From the NCBI GenBank assembly GCA_025201805.1, contig MU619276.1, forward strand, positions 7,512 through 71,511: a stretch of DNA of 64,000 nucleotides. The letters are read 5' to 3'. Numbering within the stretch: the first letter of the stretch is position 1; every line of letters begins with the position of its first letter. Positions 1-12,877 of the stretch are shown here, piece after piece. Below the pieces are notes generated by a model. The model was not told where the DNA came from. It saw only the letters and a list, made by a program, of their open reading frames with translations, and ran no database searches. The position numbers were made by a program, and so were the translations under genes. This stretch comes from Parasitella parasitica NRRL 2501 (Eukaryota; Fungi; Mucoromycota).

Positions 1-779
1 AAAAAATTATGATAAAAAAAAAAACAATAAATGTCAACTTGATAAAGGTATAGGTTTTATTATCAAATCGACAGGTGTGTAAAGCTCTCGTTCATCTACT
101 GGCCAGGTAGATGAACCTTTATATACTTAAACTGTGGATAAATGTTCTGCTCACGCAATGTAACATGTACGACAATAGTGCGTTACTAGCATCTTAACTT
201 TGTGCTAACCGACATATCAGCAGACTCAAGATACCTTAAATCTATTTGAGTGAGGAGATAGACTTTACCCGAGGTACCCAGTGTTATGTCAAAAGTCTGA
301 TAAAATAAATCTGCCAAAGAATTACCCTTTTATTCATAATACATCTCTCGATGTATTATATACACATTCATTACACTAGGGTTCTACTGTCTAGCTGCAT
401 AATGAAAATCATGACTACCCATGATTTACTGTAAGACCCTGGGACTGATCTGGGATCCTGATGTGAGACCTTGCCATGTTATTGATATAACATATAGCAT
501 GTCATAAGCATATCTATAGCATTGCATATATTGTACAAGTCTGTAGTGTGTAATATATCTGTAGCTAGTATCACGGATATAAGTATATGTCTTATTATAG
601 TGCGTATCGAGAAACTGGGAATACGCATCTGAAGCATAAATATTATATAACATAAGCTCATAGCATACACTAGATTTAGTAAATGTCTGAGGCTCGTGTC
701 GAGATATAAATATAAGTCTATAGCGTCATCCATTCTAATGGTGTCATCTCTAGCTGATATCTTATATAGTATAAATCTG

Positions 780-853
780 TACACTATTTTCACTTATTAT
801 TTCACGCAAAATTTATTCCCTGAAATGCGCAAATAATAAGTGAAAATAGTGTA
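780..853. mobile_element. Miniature inverted-repeat element: 21-bp TIRs (782-802 / 831-851) flanked by TA
   Basis: tacactattttcacttattattt (780-802) is the exact reverse complement of aaataataagtgaaaatagtgta (831-853). The spacer is 28 bp and both ends carry TA. Confidence 0.6.
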
Positions 854-2165
854 TTGCACATCTTGTTATCTGTGCGCATATGTAGTCTATATCAATTTAA
901 GGTAACTGGATAAATCTAGAAGTGGAATGCAGATCATCATAGTGAATGTATTTCACAGTATATAAACCATCATTTTCCATGTAATAAAGGAGATCTTTAC
1001 CTGATTAATTCACAACCGTTGTATTTGAAAAATTTCTCATTCTGAATAAACATTTCATAGTTTGGAGTCCAACTAATGTACCCTGACTGGGGAAGAGGAG
1101 AGCAAGGCTGGGTGATTTATCAATAAAATAAATTTTTCCTCAAAAAAAAAAAAAACCAAGAAGGAGTATATATCAAACGTCGTCTCTACTGAGATTTTAC
1201 AAAATACCAAACAATCATTATTGATGTATCAATTCTAAAACCGGATGTCAATAGAACATAAACTTATACTGAAGAGTAAAACATCAGATCATAAAATAAT
1301 ATGGCATGACATTTGGGATAGATACAATCTACCCTATCTCCCGGATCTCATCACTAAAACATTTATCTTCGCATCGCTTCCCTCAGTTCATAGAAAGTAT
1401 ATAAACCCTCTATTTTTGATTGTAATAAACGGATCTTTACCTGATTAATTTCTACTGAACTTTTCTGATAAATCTATTATATATCATATTTTTATACTAT
1501 ACATAAATGTTATTTCTACCCAATGTTTTTTATTTCGCTTGATTTAGTATTGTGTTAAGTGGGACAGCCCACTGCAGACGCGAGCTGTGCACCCCTCAAT
1601 ACGAATGAAGGTCGATTTTTTTTCAATGTAGTTCGGGTATGTGTGTGTGTGAAACAGGCCGTATTATATTAACATCTGGTTTTTGAATTGATACATCAGA
1701 GGACCTTGCACGTTCGGAGGAATATTTTGGAAGCTTTCTCAAGATTTGACATGTCTCATTGTGATGCTATGACTTTAAACAAGGTAAAACAAGCATCTAT
1801 CACTTCAATATTGTACAATTTCGTTATTTAAACTTTTATTTCTACCAGTAATGCATTGAGAATAGTGCCATTAATCCACTAAATTAAATGTCTATTATTC
1901 AAAGTTTGACCAAACAAAGAACCATCATCTTTACAAGCTTTTGTTCGGAACATTATTTATATATTTCAACAGCAAGCTATTCGACGTAAAAACGACAAAA
2001 TAATGTCCGCAGGTGCAAATACTCTGGTTAATATAATGTCTCTTCCTTGTTGCTTGTTTTTTTACATTTGATAAAACGAGTGGCGCATTAGCCGACAAGG
2101 AAAGCCAATACACTGAAATATTTATTAAAAAAAGCATTTCTTTATTCCTTGAGAATTCTACAAGT

Positions 2166-3953
2166 TTAATTCCACAGGGATTTTGATGGGTTATAGCTGG
2201 ACGAAGAGCTTTGCTTTTGTTGAGCACTCAGGGGATGAAAAGCAGATGCATTGGGAGCTGAAGAAGGAGGCGTGGGGGTACTTGTTTGGATTGAAGACGT
2301 TTGTTGCGAGATGTAAGGTTGAGAGGAAAGTATGGGCTGATAAATTGAATGCGATGCAGGGTAGTTTAAAGATGGTTGTATTGTGTTTGAATCGCTATTT
2401 ACATCAAAGACAACCTGTCCGAATAAACCTGTATCGTATAAAAATTCCAAACTGTTGAAATCAATTTCACTACCTCTATTCCAATTAAAAGCGAGACCTG
2501 ATGGTTGATCTTGCGTTTGTTGCCTTTGCTGATCTGGATAACGCTGTAGCTGATTTTGGTCACCAGATGAAGGTGGCGTTGAAGGCACCAGATAGCTATT
2601 GGAATTTTTGAAAGAGTCGTGCAAATATTGTTGCTGATCATGGTAAGGAGGCACGATTGGCGGTTCAGATGAAGCGGTTGTTGTGCCCAATAAAGATGAT
2701 AGTGGCGGTTGGCTCGAACTTTTTATAGGGTTGGGAGACATGGTGATACTGGATGAAGAATGAGAACTGGGCGATCTAGAAATGGCAGGGGGCCTATTGT
2801 CATAATTCATTTTGACATCTTGCGACGTCCCTGAATCAAAAGATTGATAAGATATATAAGGCTGAGTATTCATGTCTTGTTCATATAATTTTTGGTGAAC
2901 TGTCAAAAGTTCCTTGGTGGCATTTGCTAATCTTTCACACATTGGCCAGTAAGGTCGAAGCCCCTATGTAACATTGAATAGTGTTAATACAACAAAGAAA
3001 TTCAGAGTGCGATAGGATATACTAACATCTATTAAATCATATAACATCTTTAGAGCTCTGCTACTTTTTCTGCAAGATTCAGGTGTCCCAGAAAATGTTG
3101 AGGTCATCAGTACAGTCGCAAATACGTATGCAGAATAGCCCATATAAGGGAGTGTATTAAAGCCACACAAGTCTTTGATAGCTTCAAATATACCCATTGC
3201 ATCAGCAACACAAATGCGACATGTGTCAATACTGCTTTGTATACGACGATATAGGTCTTTTTCAATGATATCTGTGGGTTTCACATCACTGAATGCCAAA
3301 CTTATACGGTGTAGAATCATCATACTTGAGCACCAAACAGCATGACTGGACAACCAGATATTGAGGTAATTGTAGCTAGCAAATTGGCAATGATGGTCTA
3401 AATTTTCTTGGTTAAATTGAAAGACCTCTGGCAGGCCATCTTTCCATGCACGCAATTGAGAATCCAAGTTCCTGAATTCGGCAATGGGAGGCCAATTAAT
3501 CGCAGCAGAAGTTGATTTTGCTCTATTCATAAACTTGTTCACTTCGCCGTAAGTTTCAACACATCTCATGTAATGTTTGGCAATGTTCATTAAAGAATCA
3601 TCTTGAATTGGTTTACCGTCAACGTTTCGATGAAACATGGGATCTCTCAACAGTAAACATTCAGAAATGTTTGGAGGATTAGCGTCACAGTCTGAACGAT
3701 CAATACATTGGGGACGACGAGTACCGGCACAGGATAATCTATAAAGGCGGGATACATTAAGTAAACAAATCTTCAGACAGCGAGCGCTATCTTACTTGTC
3801 AATACCAAAACAGCTCCAAAAAACTCTCCTTCTTAATGCCATTGCAATGGTATCAATAGACCCATCCTCAGCGACGATTGGGAGACTCAGTGTATCTTCT
3901 TTATAATAACTTAATTCTTGACAGAACCTAAATGCCGCCTTTAATATCTTTCA

Positions 3954-3999
<46 letters not shown>

Positions 4000-4987
4000 N
4001 NNNNNNNNNTCAAAAAAAGAAAAGACAAATACCTCACTGCTAAACCGCCATAGACCCATGATCTAAATCAAAGACAAAATAATGGGTCAACTAAAGCATG
4101 TATTCTATTTTATTACCTTACTTTGAACCAGATGCACGACCATACTCAAGGCATGACATGATTCCCCAAAATTGTATATTTTCTAAATTTGGCTGAAGTG
4201 TATCGGCATCTACCAAAGACAAAGCCTTTTCAGCAAATCGTTCTCCAGCCAAGTATGGAGGATCGGTACGAATAGATGGGTTTTCAGAGAATCTATACAT
4301 CAAAGTTATTTAAAGTCTGTTTTTTTGTTTATCATGTAAATTACCTTGCACCAATAGCTAATACACTGTATAATAATGGTCTTGAGACAGATCCATCTTG
4401 GATTGATCTTTTCAGCACATGTCTATGTACGAACGGAAAAACAGAGTTGATATATTTAAAAAACAAATCAACAAGGTGATTTACAACATCAAATGGCGGC
4501 AAATCAGAAGTTTGTTCGACTACAGTATTTTTAATACTTGATTTGACATTTTCATTAGCGAAATTACCTGGGTTTTCGTATAAATGAATGGGCGAATGAG
4601 CTCTGTTTGACGTGGAAGGTGAACTTAGATTTTCTTCATCGCTGATGTGCGATTGATGACTATTGTTGTAATTAGGTACACCTGGACCCATCAATTTTCT
4701 TTCCATTTGAGCAAGACGTTCTTCTAATAACTGAACATAGCCTTTACGAGGTCCTCTTTTCTTTGGTTCTGTATATTCACACAAGACGTTTGCTTCTTGG
4801 CATTGGCCACAATCTGGGCGATTTTCGTCACATTTTATCTTTATAAAGAAAAAAATTAATTCGATCTAATAATCAATTTTTACTTAATTTGTACCTTCTT
4901 TTTTCTGCAATGGACACAGGCTTGACTGGCTCTTACTCTTTTCTTACTGCTACTTGTTTTCGGTTCATAATTTTGTTCATAAAGCAT
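2166..4987 (-). CDS. Zn(II)2Cys6 transcription factor with fungal-specific TF (middle homology) domain; multi-exon
   Basis: Spliced N-terminus reads KRVRASQACVHCRKKK|IKCDENRPDCGQCQEANVLCEYTEPKKRGP. Internal LVDLFFKYINSVFPFVH and RRRVFWSCF motifs, S/Q-rich C-terminus. One N-gap lies inside an intron. Confidence 0.92.
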
Positions 4988-5846
4988 TTTTTCTAATCTT
5001 AATAAAAAGAAAAAGACAAACCAAAAAAGAAATTATTCGGCATGTTCAAAAGAGAAGGAAAAACATCTGTCCATTAAAAAAGCAAAAGGATTGAATTTTT
5101 ACCCATTTTCAGCCAATGATTTGCTTTTCGGTAACTGTTTATCCATAGTTTATTCTGATTTTCTACATCAAGGGTACATTTTGTATGTTGAAAGATTATT
5201 CATTTGACGTCAGCCTTCTTGACACAAAGCTATTTGTCTTCTGTCATTAATGAACCAAGGTATGTTATGACTTACCGTCTCTACGGACAGAAATGAGTCA
5301 GGTAAAGATAGTGATGCCATTACGCTTCCATATTCATCAATTAGCTCAACAAGAGTTGTTGAATGCTAAGAGCAATGGCTCCAACATGACTAGAATTCCT
5401 TTGAATAAGCCGAAGGAGTAGATTACATTAATTAGCAAAAAAAAAGGACCATAAGGGGCTTTTTATCTCAAACTTATGATCGCTTGTACAAACTTCAGTT
5501 GACGATAGTCAGATCAATTTTCTAAATTTCAGATTGCATAAATTATCGATTTGTGAATATATTCAATACTGGCCACCTGTTATAATAATAAGTTCAATAA
5601 TAGCTCTATCATAATGCAGTGGCGTTGATGAAGTAGATCAAACCAGCAATATAAGATAAGTAGACATCCTGATTGGAAGCTAAAATCTAGAGCATAGTTT
5701 TTGGTTTGTAACATCTCGTGCATGACTCGGCTCACAAAATAATATGTATCAGTATTTTCTTCACATTCATGTTTAATTGTAGTTGTAAAAAATAATAGAT
5801 ATATTACTATTGGCAAAAATTGAGTGACATTAGAAATAGGTAAAGC

Positions 5847-7686
5847 CTACACTGTAAAAGCATTTGGCGAAGTTATACGAGGTATATCCTTGTTAATGTT
5901 ATTGATTACGAGCATATCTGTTTAGAGAAAGGTATAAGCGTTAACTGAAAAGAATAATAGCAATCCCAAGAGTTTTACCTATACGATCATTTGGCTCGAA
6001 TACTGATTGCTGTTCCTCGTCGTCGTCATCATCCATTTCCAAATCTAAAGTAGGTTGTAAAAAGTACTCCATGTGTTTATCACGCATGATGTACATTTCC
6101 TTGCGTCTTTTAAGGGAGTCAATCATTTTTTGCGCAAAGAAAACCGCTACTTCTACAGAATTATCAGGTCGAGTTGGACGATAGTGTGGACACAAGAACC
6201 AGTACTTGCGAATAAAATTAGGTGGGACGAACCAACAATCAGGGTTCCCCAGCTCACCACCAATAAACATGGCAGATTCTAAAAGGAAATTAAACAGCTC
6301 ATTCGCATCATAAAAGTCTTGAAAAATAATCATAAAATCTCTCATAGTAGGTCCAGGGATTAAATCAATTCTAGGATCATGAGGAATTTTGCGTTGTAGT
6401 TCAGCTGTCAAATTCATCTTAGTTCTTGAACTTAATTTCTGAAACTTGAAGCAATACTTACTTGGTGTTAATAAATAACGATTGTCGTTTTGATCTCTCA
6501 TTGTTCTCATGCGAGTTACAGCGTCTAAAGGTGAAATAGGACCAGCTACATACACTTTGTTTGACACATTCTGTGGTAAAGTTGGATTCTTTATGTCCAT
6601 CCAAAAGTCGTCTTCCACAGGTATTTCAGGTTTAAATGTGGAATTAGGGGTGCATATATTTGCAGTATTGTTAGGAACACTGGAAGCTGAGGCAGTGGGA
6701 ACAGAGGCAGTAGCAAGCGACGGAGGAGGAGAAGGGTTCTGATACATTTGATCCGAGGGATGTGGTTGTATAGGTGAAATTGGAGAGTTCAATCCAAATT
6801 CTGCTTTGAGCTTATCCAAGATATCGGCTTCAGGGTGATCTAGATAAGTTTTGATTTCTACAGGAATCAAGGGCAGAAATTCGGGAGGCACTTGGCTCAA
6901 CCATAGTTCTGGAGGTACATCCTTCATTTGATTCATAATCTCATTCATTGTTTCAGGCTGCATTAAAAAACCTAATAGTCCTGGATCCATTTCTGCTGAA
7001 ACTGATTGAATGATGTTGCTAAGGTTATCAAAACAGAAAGGGGCTTGCTGATGTTGCTGCTGTTGAGTAGGTGGCGTTAAAGAGTCTAAAACGTCTTTAT
7101 TTAGAAATGAAGCATTGTTATTCGTCTGAATATCTCCTTGATACGCTGGCATTTCTGATGATACAGATTGAGGAGGTGTATCGTAAGCTGTTAAATTTTC
7201 TGTAGCCATGGTGACAATGCATTTTTTACTATCCAAAAAAAACTCCAATGATTGAGGTATATCTTTTGTTCGTGAGAAAGTAGTGATATCGGACCCCATT
7301 TTGTCTCTCATGCCGGTGTCCCAGAATTTAGGTACATCCACTCTGTTCGCAATACAAGCAATTTTTAAGGTGAGCACCTGGCCTTTGAGGAAATTGTTTT
7401 CGTAGCGTAATTCATCGACCTTTTTTCGCAGTTGCTTTGCATCTTTCATGGCTTGATCCCGCATGTGAATACATTTTTTGACGTTTGTTTCGGCTTCGCG
7501 CATTTCACGCCTTTTGCGTTCTCGAAATGCCCTTTGTGCAGCTCTGTTTTGGGCTTTTCTTTGAGCAGGAGATGGTGGGTTTGGTTTTCTTCCAGGTTTT
7601 TTACGGGGCTTAATTGGTTTTCCATTTTCATCCAAGTTTTTCAATTCTAATTCAGGATCAAAATGCTCAAAGGATATATCAGACAT
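5847..7686 (-). CDS. Yap/Pap1-like bZIP transcription factor with C-terminal DUF3425-type domain (paralog 1)
   Basis: RKKPGRKPNP...RKAQNRAAQRAFRERK basic region plus zipper. C-terminal IPHDPRIDLIPGPTMRD...GGELGNPDCWFVPPNFIRKYWFL. A short last exon ends at TAG 5847-5849. Confidence 0.88.
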
Positions 7687-8265
7687 TTTTAGTGTTTTAG
7701 AAAAGAAAGGTAAAAGGTTAGAAAAGAAGTTCAAATAGCAATTCCCAGATTTTCTATAGTGTCCACAGTCTACTCTCTCACACACAGAACTTGTATTGTA
7801 TCACATAAAAGAAAAGGACGCTAACCACATGGACATATTAAATTGGATTTACTCAACTTTTGAGGATATCTCAACTTGCTGTATCGTTTGCAAACGAATG
7901 AAACAAGATCATGATCTTTGTTTATGATCAAGTCAGTGGCAAAATTAAATTTTTGATTTTTTTTTCTATTTGCAATGTATGTATTTTTCACATGCAAAGA
8001 CTAGATCTCCCTTTCTTTTTAATAAATAGAGTCCTCCTGCATAATATTACTCTCTGTAATGCATTTAAGATTGACGCTTAAAGATAATTTTTTTGTCCTT
8101 ATACATAAGACGAATTCACTTAAACAAATATTAATTTATATTTAATGATGTTTGTGATCATAGTCTTAAAAAGAAAATGTCTTGCTGCAAAGGGTGTTTT
8201 ATGAATGAATATAAAATTCTCACCTTGTAAAAGTACATCTTTTATTTTTCTCTATTGAACTCATC

Positions 8266-8909
8266 ATGAAAGCTCTTTTAATTGCCACTTTTCTAGTTTG
8301 TTTATACGTAGCAAATTGCTCTGCTCGTTGCGATTGTGATGCTACAGATAATGCTTGCATTAGTAAATGTGGTAAAGTGTAACATGCTATGTTAATACTG
8401 CAACTCATTTGGTAACATTATTTATGTTTTTATAATAGTGGTAGAAGCAAATAGCTGTGTTACTTCATGTGAGGAAGATATCGAATGCTATGAAAGCTGC
8501 ATTGATGATAAATGGTATACAGATGTATCATATTTCTCATTTGCAGACATAATGTATACTAATATTGATTTTAGGCCTGCTGCTAATTTGACTGATGATC
8601 TCCCAACACTTAATAACGTATTAGACGATGGTGCTAGCACATCCAAAGTCGGAATTGCTACAACTGCTATATCTTCAATTGCACCTGTTGCCACTATTAC
8701 AGGTACTCTTGCATCATCTACATCAGCTTCTGTGTCAGGTGAGAGTGAATGTTGGTAAATTATTGTATGTCCTTGCGTCTAATTTAATTGTAGCTTCCAT
8801 TCCTGTAAACCAAGCAGAATCTAGTCATACTTCGTTGGGATCAAGGATACTATTAACACAATCTCTGGGAATACTTTTTGTTTGCTTGACAAGTTTCTTA
8901 ATAAAATAA
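8266..8909 (+). CDS. Small secreted 8-Cys, Ser/Thr-rich, probably GPI-anchored protein (4 exons)
   Basis: Signal peptide MKALLIATFLVCLYVANCSA, then CDCDATDNACISKC|VVEANSCVTSCEEDIECYESCIDDKW|P. An S/T-rich stalk leads to a hydrophobic C-terminal tail ILLTQSLGILFVCLTSFLIK. Introns are GT-AG. Confidence 0.75.
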
Positions 8910-9033
8910 CATCAATATACCGCCCAATGAAAGCCGAGACAACAGGCTGAAAAAAAAAAAAGGCCTATTTAATACAGGCTAATGTTGTTTTTGATGCTTT
9001 TCTCTTTCTTTCACAGCTACTTTTGTGGCAAGA

Positions 9034-10831
9034 ATGGATTCGTACTTGGCCAATATTGATACTTATATGCAACAGCAGGAGCAGCTGGAGAGGGAAAAAG
9101 AACATGAGCAGCTATTACAGCAACAGCAACAGCAAAATCAGTCTCCACATATCCTGGAAAATAATCATCCCCAGCCTTTAGATGATATTTGGTTGAGAAA
9201 CATTACAGAAATACCGCCTTCCAGCAATGCGCAATCTTCTGTTAATAATGACAATATGTATACTGATCCAATTTATCTGACAAATCCTTCAACGTTTAAC
9301 GTCCTAAATAATCAAAATTATGCCATGAATAGCCAATCTTATCAAAACTCAACGCCTCCTCTACCTCCTGGATTCGATATGAACAGCCAGCCTATTCGCA
9401 TCCGTAAAAAGCCCGGCAGAAAGCCTAATCCTGCATCACCGGTTTTACGAAAAGCCCAAAATCGTGCTGCTCAGCGTGCCTTTAGAGAACGCAAAGAAAA
9501 ACACCTTAAAGATTTGGAGACAACTATCCGCAATCTTCGTGAACAACGCAACACAGCTACGCACGAATTAAACGAAATAAAGACACACTTGGAGTCTTAT
9601 AAAGCCGAAACTTGGTATCTCAAGGGAGTTGTTTTAACTTTGCAATTCATTTGCATGCATCACAATATACAGATTCCAACTCATTCACCCTATTTATCTG
9701 AAGATGCGCTAACAAAGATGGCTCAAACCGCTCCACATGCCATTGAAGCTTACGTCAACGCTTACACCTGTAATAATATCAAGCTGAAAGCGACCATGCC
9801 TTATAACTTTGTCGATAAACAGCTTCATAATCCTGCTGCGAATAATTCATCGTCACCCGTGTCATCTCAATTCGAAGGCAACACACTAGATTACAAACAT
9901 GATGATGACAAGGATAAAACCGGGACAGAAGAAGACCAAAGTATGGATATCACGCAGGGAAATCCAGAAGAATCCCAAGTCAAACTAGAAGGCGATCAAC
10001 AAACAAACATGTTTAATCCAGTAAATCGACAGACACAAGATATGCAAGTGGAACAAACAACGGAAAATGGGTTATCAGATCCTCCTATTTCCAGCATTGA
10101 AGCAATCCAACATATACGTTTAAAACTAGGTGTTCAATCGACAAACTCAAACAATAGCACTCTCGATGATCAAGCAACCGCTCGTCTCAAACCAACAATT
10201 CTACAACTATCGATCCCTCATGATTCTCGTATCGATTTAGTGCCGACGCCGCATATGCGTGATCGAATGATTATTTTTAGAGATCAAATGGATTACGATC
10301 GGTGCTTTACCATGCTATTGAATGAAGCTGTTTACCATGGCGGTGACCCGACAATGAGTGAAAGTTGGGAGTTACCTGCAGATTTCTTTAGCGAATTCTG
10401 GTATTTGACAATTGACTATGACATAAAAAAGACTAATAAATGGAGACGGGAAAAGGGCCTCGAAGATGTAGCACCTGGTCCTCAGCAGCAGCGACAACAA
10501 CTACAACAGGAGCAAATTATGAGCTTATTGGAATATAGCCAGAATTTAGCATGGGATGATAAAGCACTGAATCAAATTATGAGGGAGATGCCCTCTTTAC
10601 AGCCCATAAGTGACAGCAGTGGTTACCCACTGTCTCCTCCGAAACTGTATCAAAGTGAAGGCGATACTCGGAAGCAGATGTATAAAAAGTTAATGGGCGG
10701 ACCACCTGAATCACGGCGACAAGTAGCATCTCCAACATTAGGTAAGTTTATTACAATGTGTTTAGTATTTAAACTAAAAGCTGACGTTTAACACAGAAAA
10801 CATAATTGATTTGATGAATTCCACTTTTTAA
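9034..10831 (+). CDS. Yap/Pap1-like bZIP transcription factor with C-terminal DUF3425-type domain (paralog 2)
   Basis: RKKPGRKPNP...RKAQNRAAQRAFRERK, and IPHDSRIDLVPTPHMRD...GGDPTMSESWELPADFFSEFWYL. A small terminal exon follows the intron at ~10742. Confidence 0.88.
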
Positions 10832-10892
10832 AAAAAAAATAGGGGGAGGGGGTTCCCATGTATCATTTTTTGTAAATAAAATTTATTCTTTC

Positions 10893-11926
10893 CTACAAGA
10901 TATATGCAGATCCTTTAACAGCTAAATTACCCAAATAGTCTTTAATCCATAGTTCATACCCATTGGATGATTTTTTCCCCATCAAAGTCATAGGATGATT
11001 TACATAAAGAGGAGCCAGGCATTTGTATTCAAACGAAGAAATGAAACTGCGCGGGATTTGCTTTCTTAATAGATCTATTAATAATGTACCACTAAGTGGT
11101 CCATGAACCAAACATGCAGGGTGCTTTTCTACTTTAATTGCATATTCATGGTCGAAATGTATCATATGTGAGTTAAACGTAAGGGCAGAATACCGAAATA
11201 GCAAAATTGAGCTAGGTGTGATTATTCGTTGAAAGTCTGGCTCTTTTTTCACTGCGAGTAATTCAATGATAATGAGCCACGGCAATTTTCTGTTTGAATA
11301 TCTCTATTTACCTTTTATACCCCTAGAGACGCTTGTATTTATTTGCTTTGGATGATAAACCAGGCATCTTTGTTCTCGCATTGCCCATCCATGCTGGTTT
11401 GAAATGTCTTTATTTATCCATACCATAGCAGATTCACCCATTCGTCCCTGCCTCAATTCTGCATGATCTAAAATTGTTGTCATTTGAGCTTGATCTCCAA
11501 CCTTTAATGGGTTCTTCATACTCCAATTCATTTTAGCGCCTGCCCACATACGTTGAGAAAATGGCTCAGGAGGAAAAAATTCTGTCTCATATCCATCCGA
11601 TGCTAAATCAGATTCCAATGCTCGAGGAGGAAAATACACATGGTGCCAGCATGGGGGCACAAGAGTCCCTTTTTTTGGTGCCCTGCTACTGTTAAATTCG
11701 TCGTCATCAAGTGTATTACCAAGTAAATTCATTGGAGACCATGTAATATCGTCGTATGTCTGTTGTATACAGGTCGTTTTTGTATTCGACTCCCAATCAC
11801 GCAGAATTTCAAGAGATGTTGAATACCATCGAGTCTAATATTTATATCAGCAACTAATTCATAGACATAAATTTGAAATCGTATTACCTTTGCTGTTCTA
11901 ACCAGGTTATTTCTTACAATAAACAT
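10893..11926 (-). CDS. HTD2: Mitochondrial 3-hydroxyacyl-thioester dehydratase (MaoC/hotdog fold)
   Basis: PPCWHHVYF, DGYETEFFPPEPFSQRMWAG, LLFRYSALTFNSHMIH, LVHGPL motifs. N-terminus resembles a basic mitochondrial presequence. Confidence 0.85.
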
Positions 11927-12775
11927 TATGACCAACAAAAGAACCGAGGCTTCAAATGTCGAGTAACCAAGTGTCTTTACAGTGCCTAAAAAAGTCACGA
12001 CTAAAAGTGACACTCTGATTATCATTTCAAAGTAAAAAAAAAAAAACAATTCTGCCCAGCACAGATCTGTTGATTGTGCTATTCTCATTTCTATATTTAA
12101 CTTCAATTTCAAGATATTTTCAATTTAGAAATAGCTAAAAATTGTTAAAATTTGATGACTACCGGGTTTACCAAATAAACTAGTATTATAATCGCAAATG
12201 CCAACGTCAATATCAACCCATCTTTATGATGAGCTTGTGTTTAATTCATGCGTTTACTCATTAATTTGATTTTTAAATTGAATATCATCCATTTTTACAC
12301 GTAAAAGCTGATAAAACATTAATACATTGTATATTATTAAACAAAATGTCAGTACCTTCTGAAGTATGATCAACAGCTTGCCTCTGCAACTATTGTTTAA
12401 TTTTTGTTCTGTGGAAAAGCGTAGATTACGCAGAAAAGAGATTGTACTCCCTATTTTTTTTTTTTTTTTTTTTACTTACTCCAAAAGATAACATCTCAGT
12501 TTTAATGAATCTATCAACTTTTTCTGCAAGAAGCTTTGTTTTTTAAGTATCTGTAAGCAGCAAAAGTCTTTAGTAAAAATTCAGTTGCCTATGATTTGCC
12601 TACATACTTTTCTGCAAAATATGCCTTTTTTTTTTCATTAAGCGGTCATTAAAAGTAATTCAGGCACAAATATTCTTTGGCTTTTTTAGGCCTAAATTTT
12701 TGATGGACCCCGTAGCATTAACATCCTTCAATGCTTTATTAAGCCATCAAAAGCTTTCAANNNNNNNNNNNNNNN

Positions 12776-12818
<43 letters not shown>

Positions 12819-12877
12819 CAAGCGTATAGCTTGTTTCAATGAAATTAACAACGAATTTTATTTTATATTGTTTAAAA

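Noticed and set aside
2166-11926. Secondary-metabolite gene cluster around the TFs and HTD2
   Set aside because: There is no backbone enzyme (PKS, NRPS, terpene synthase) or tailoring gene set, and HTD2 is a housekeeping mitochondrial FAS enzyme.
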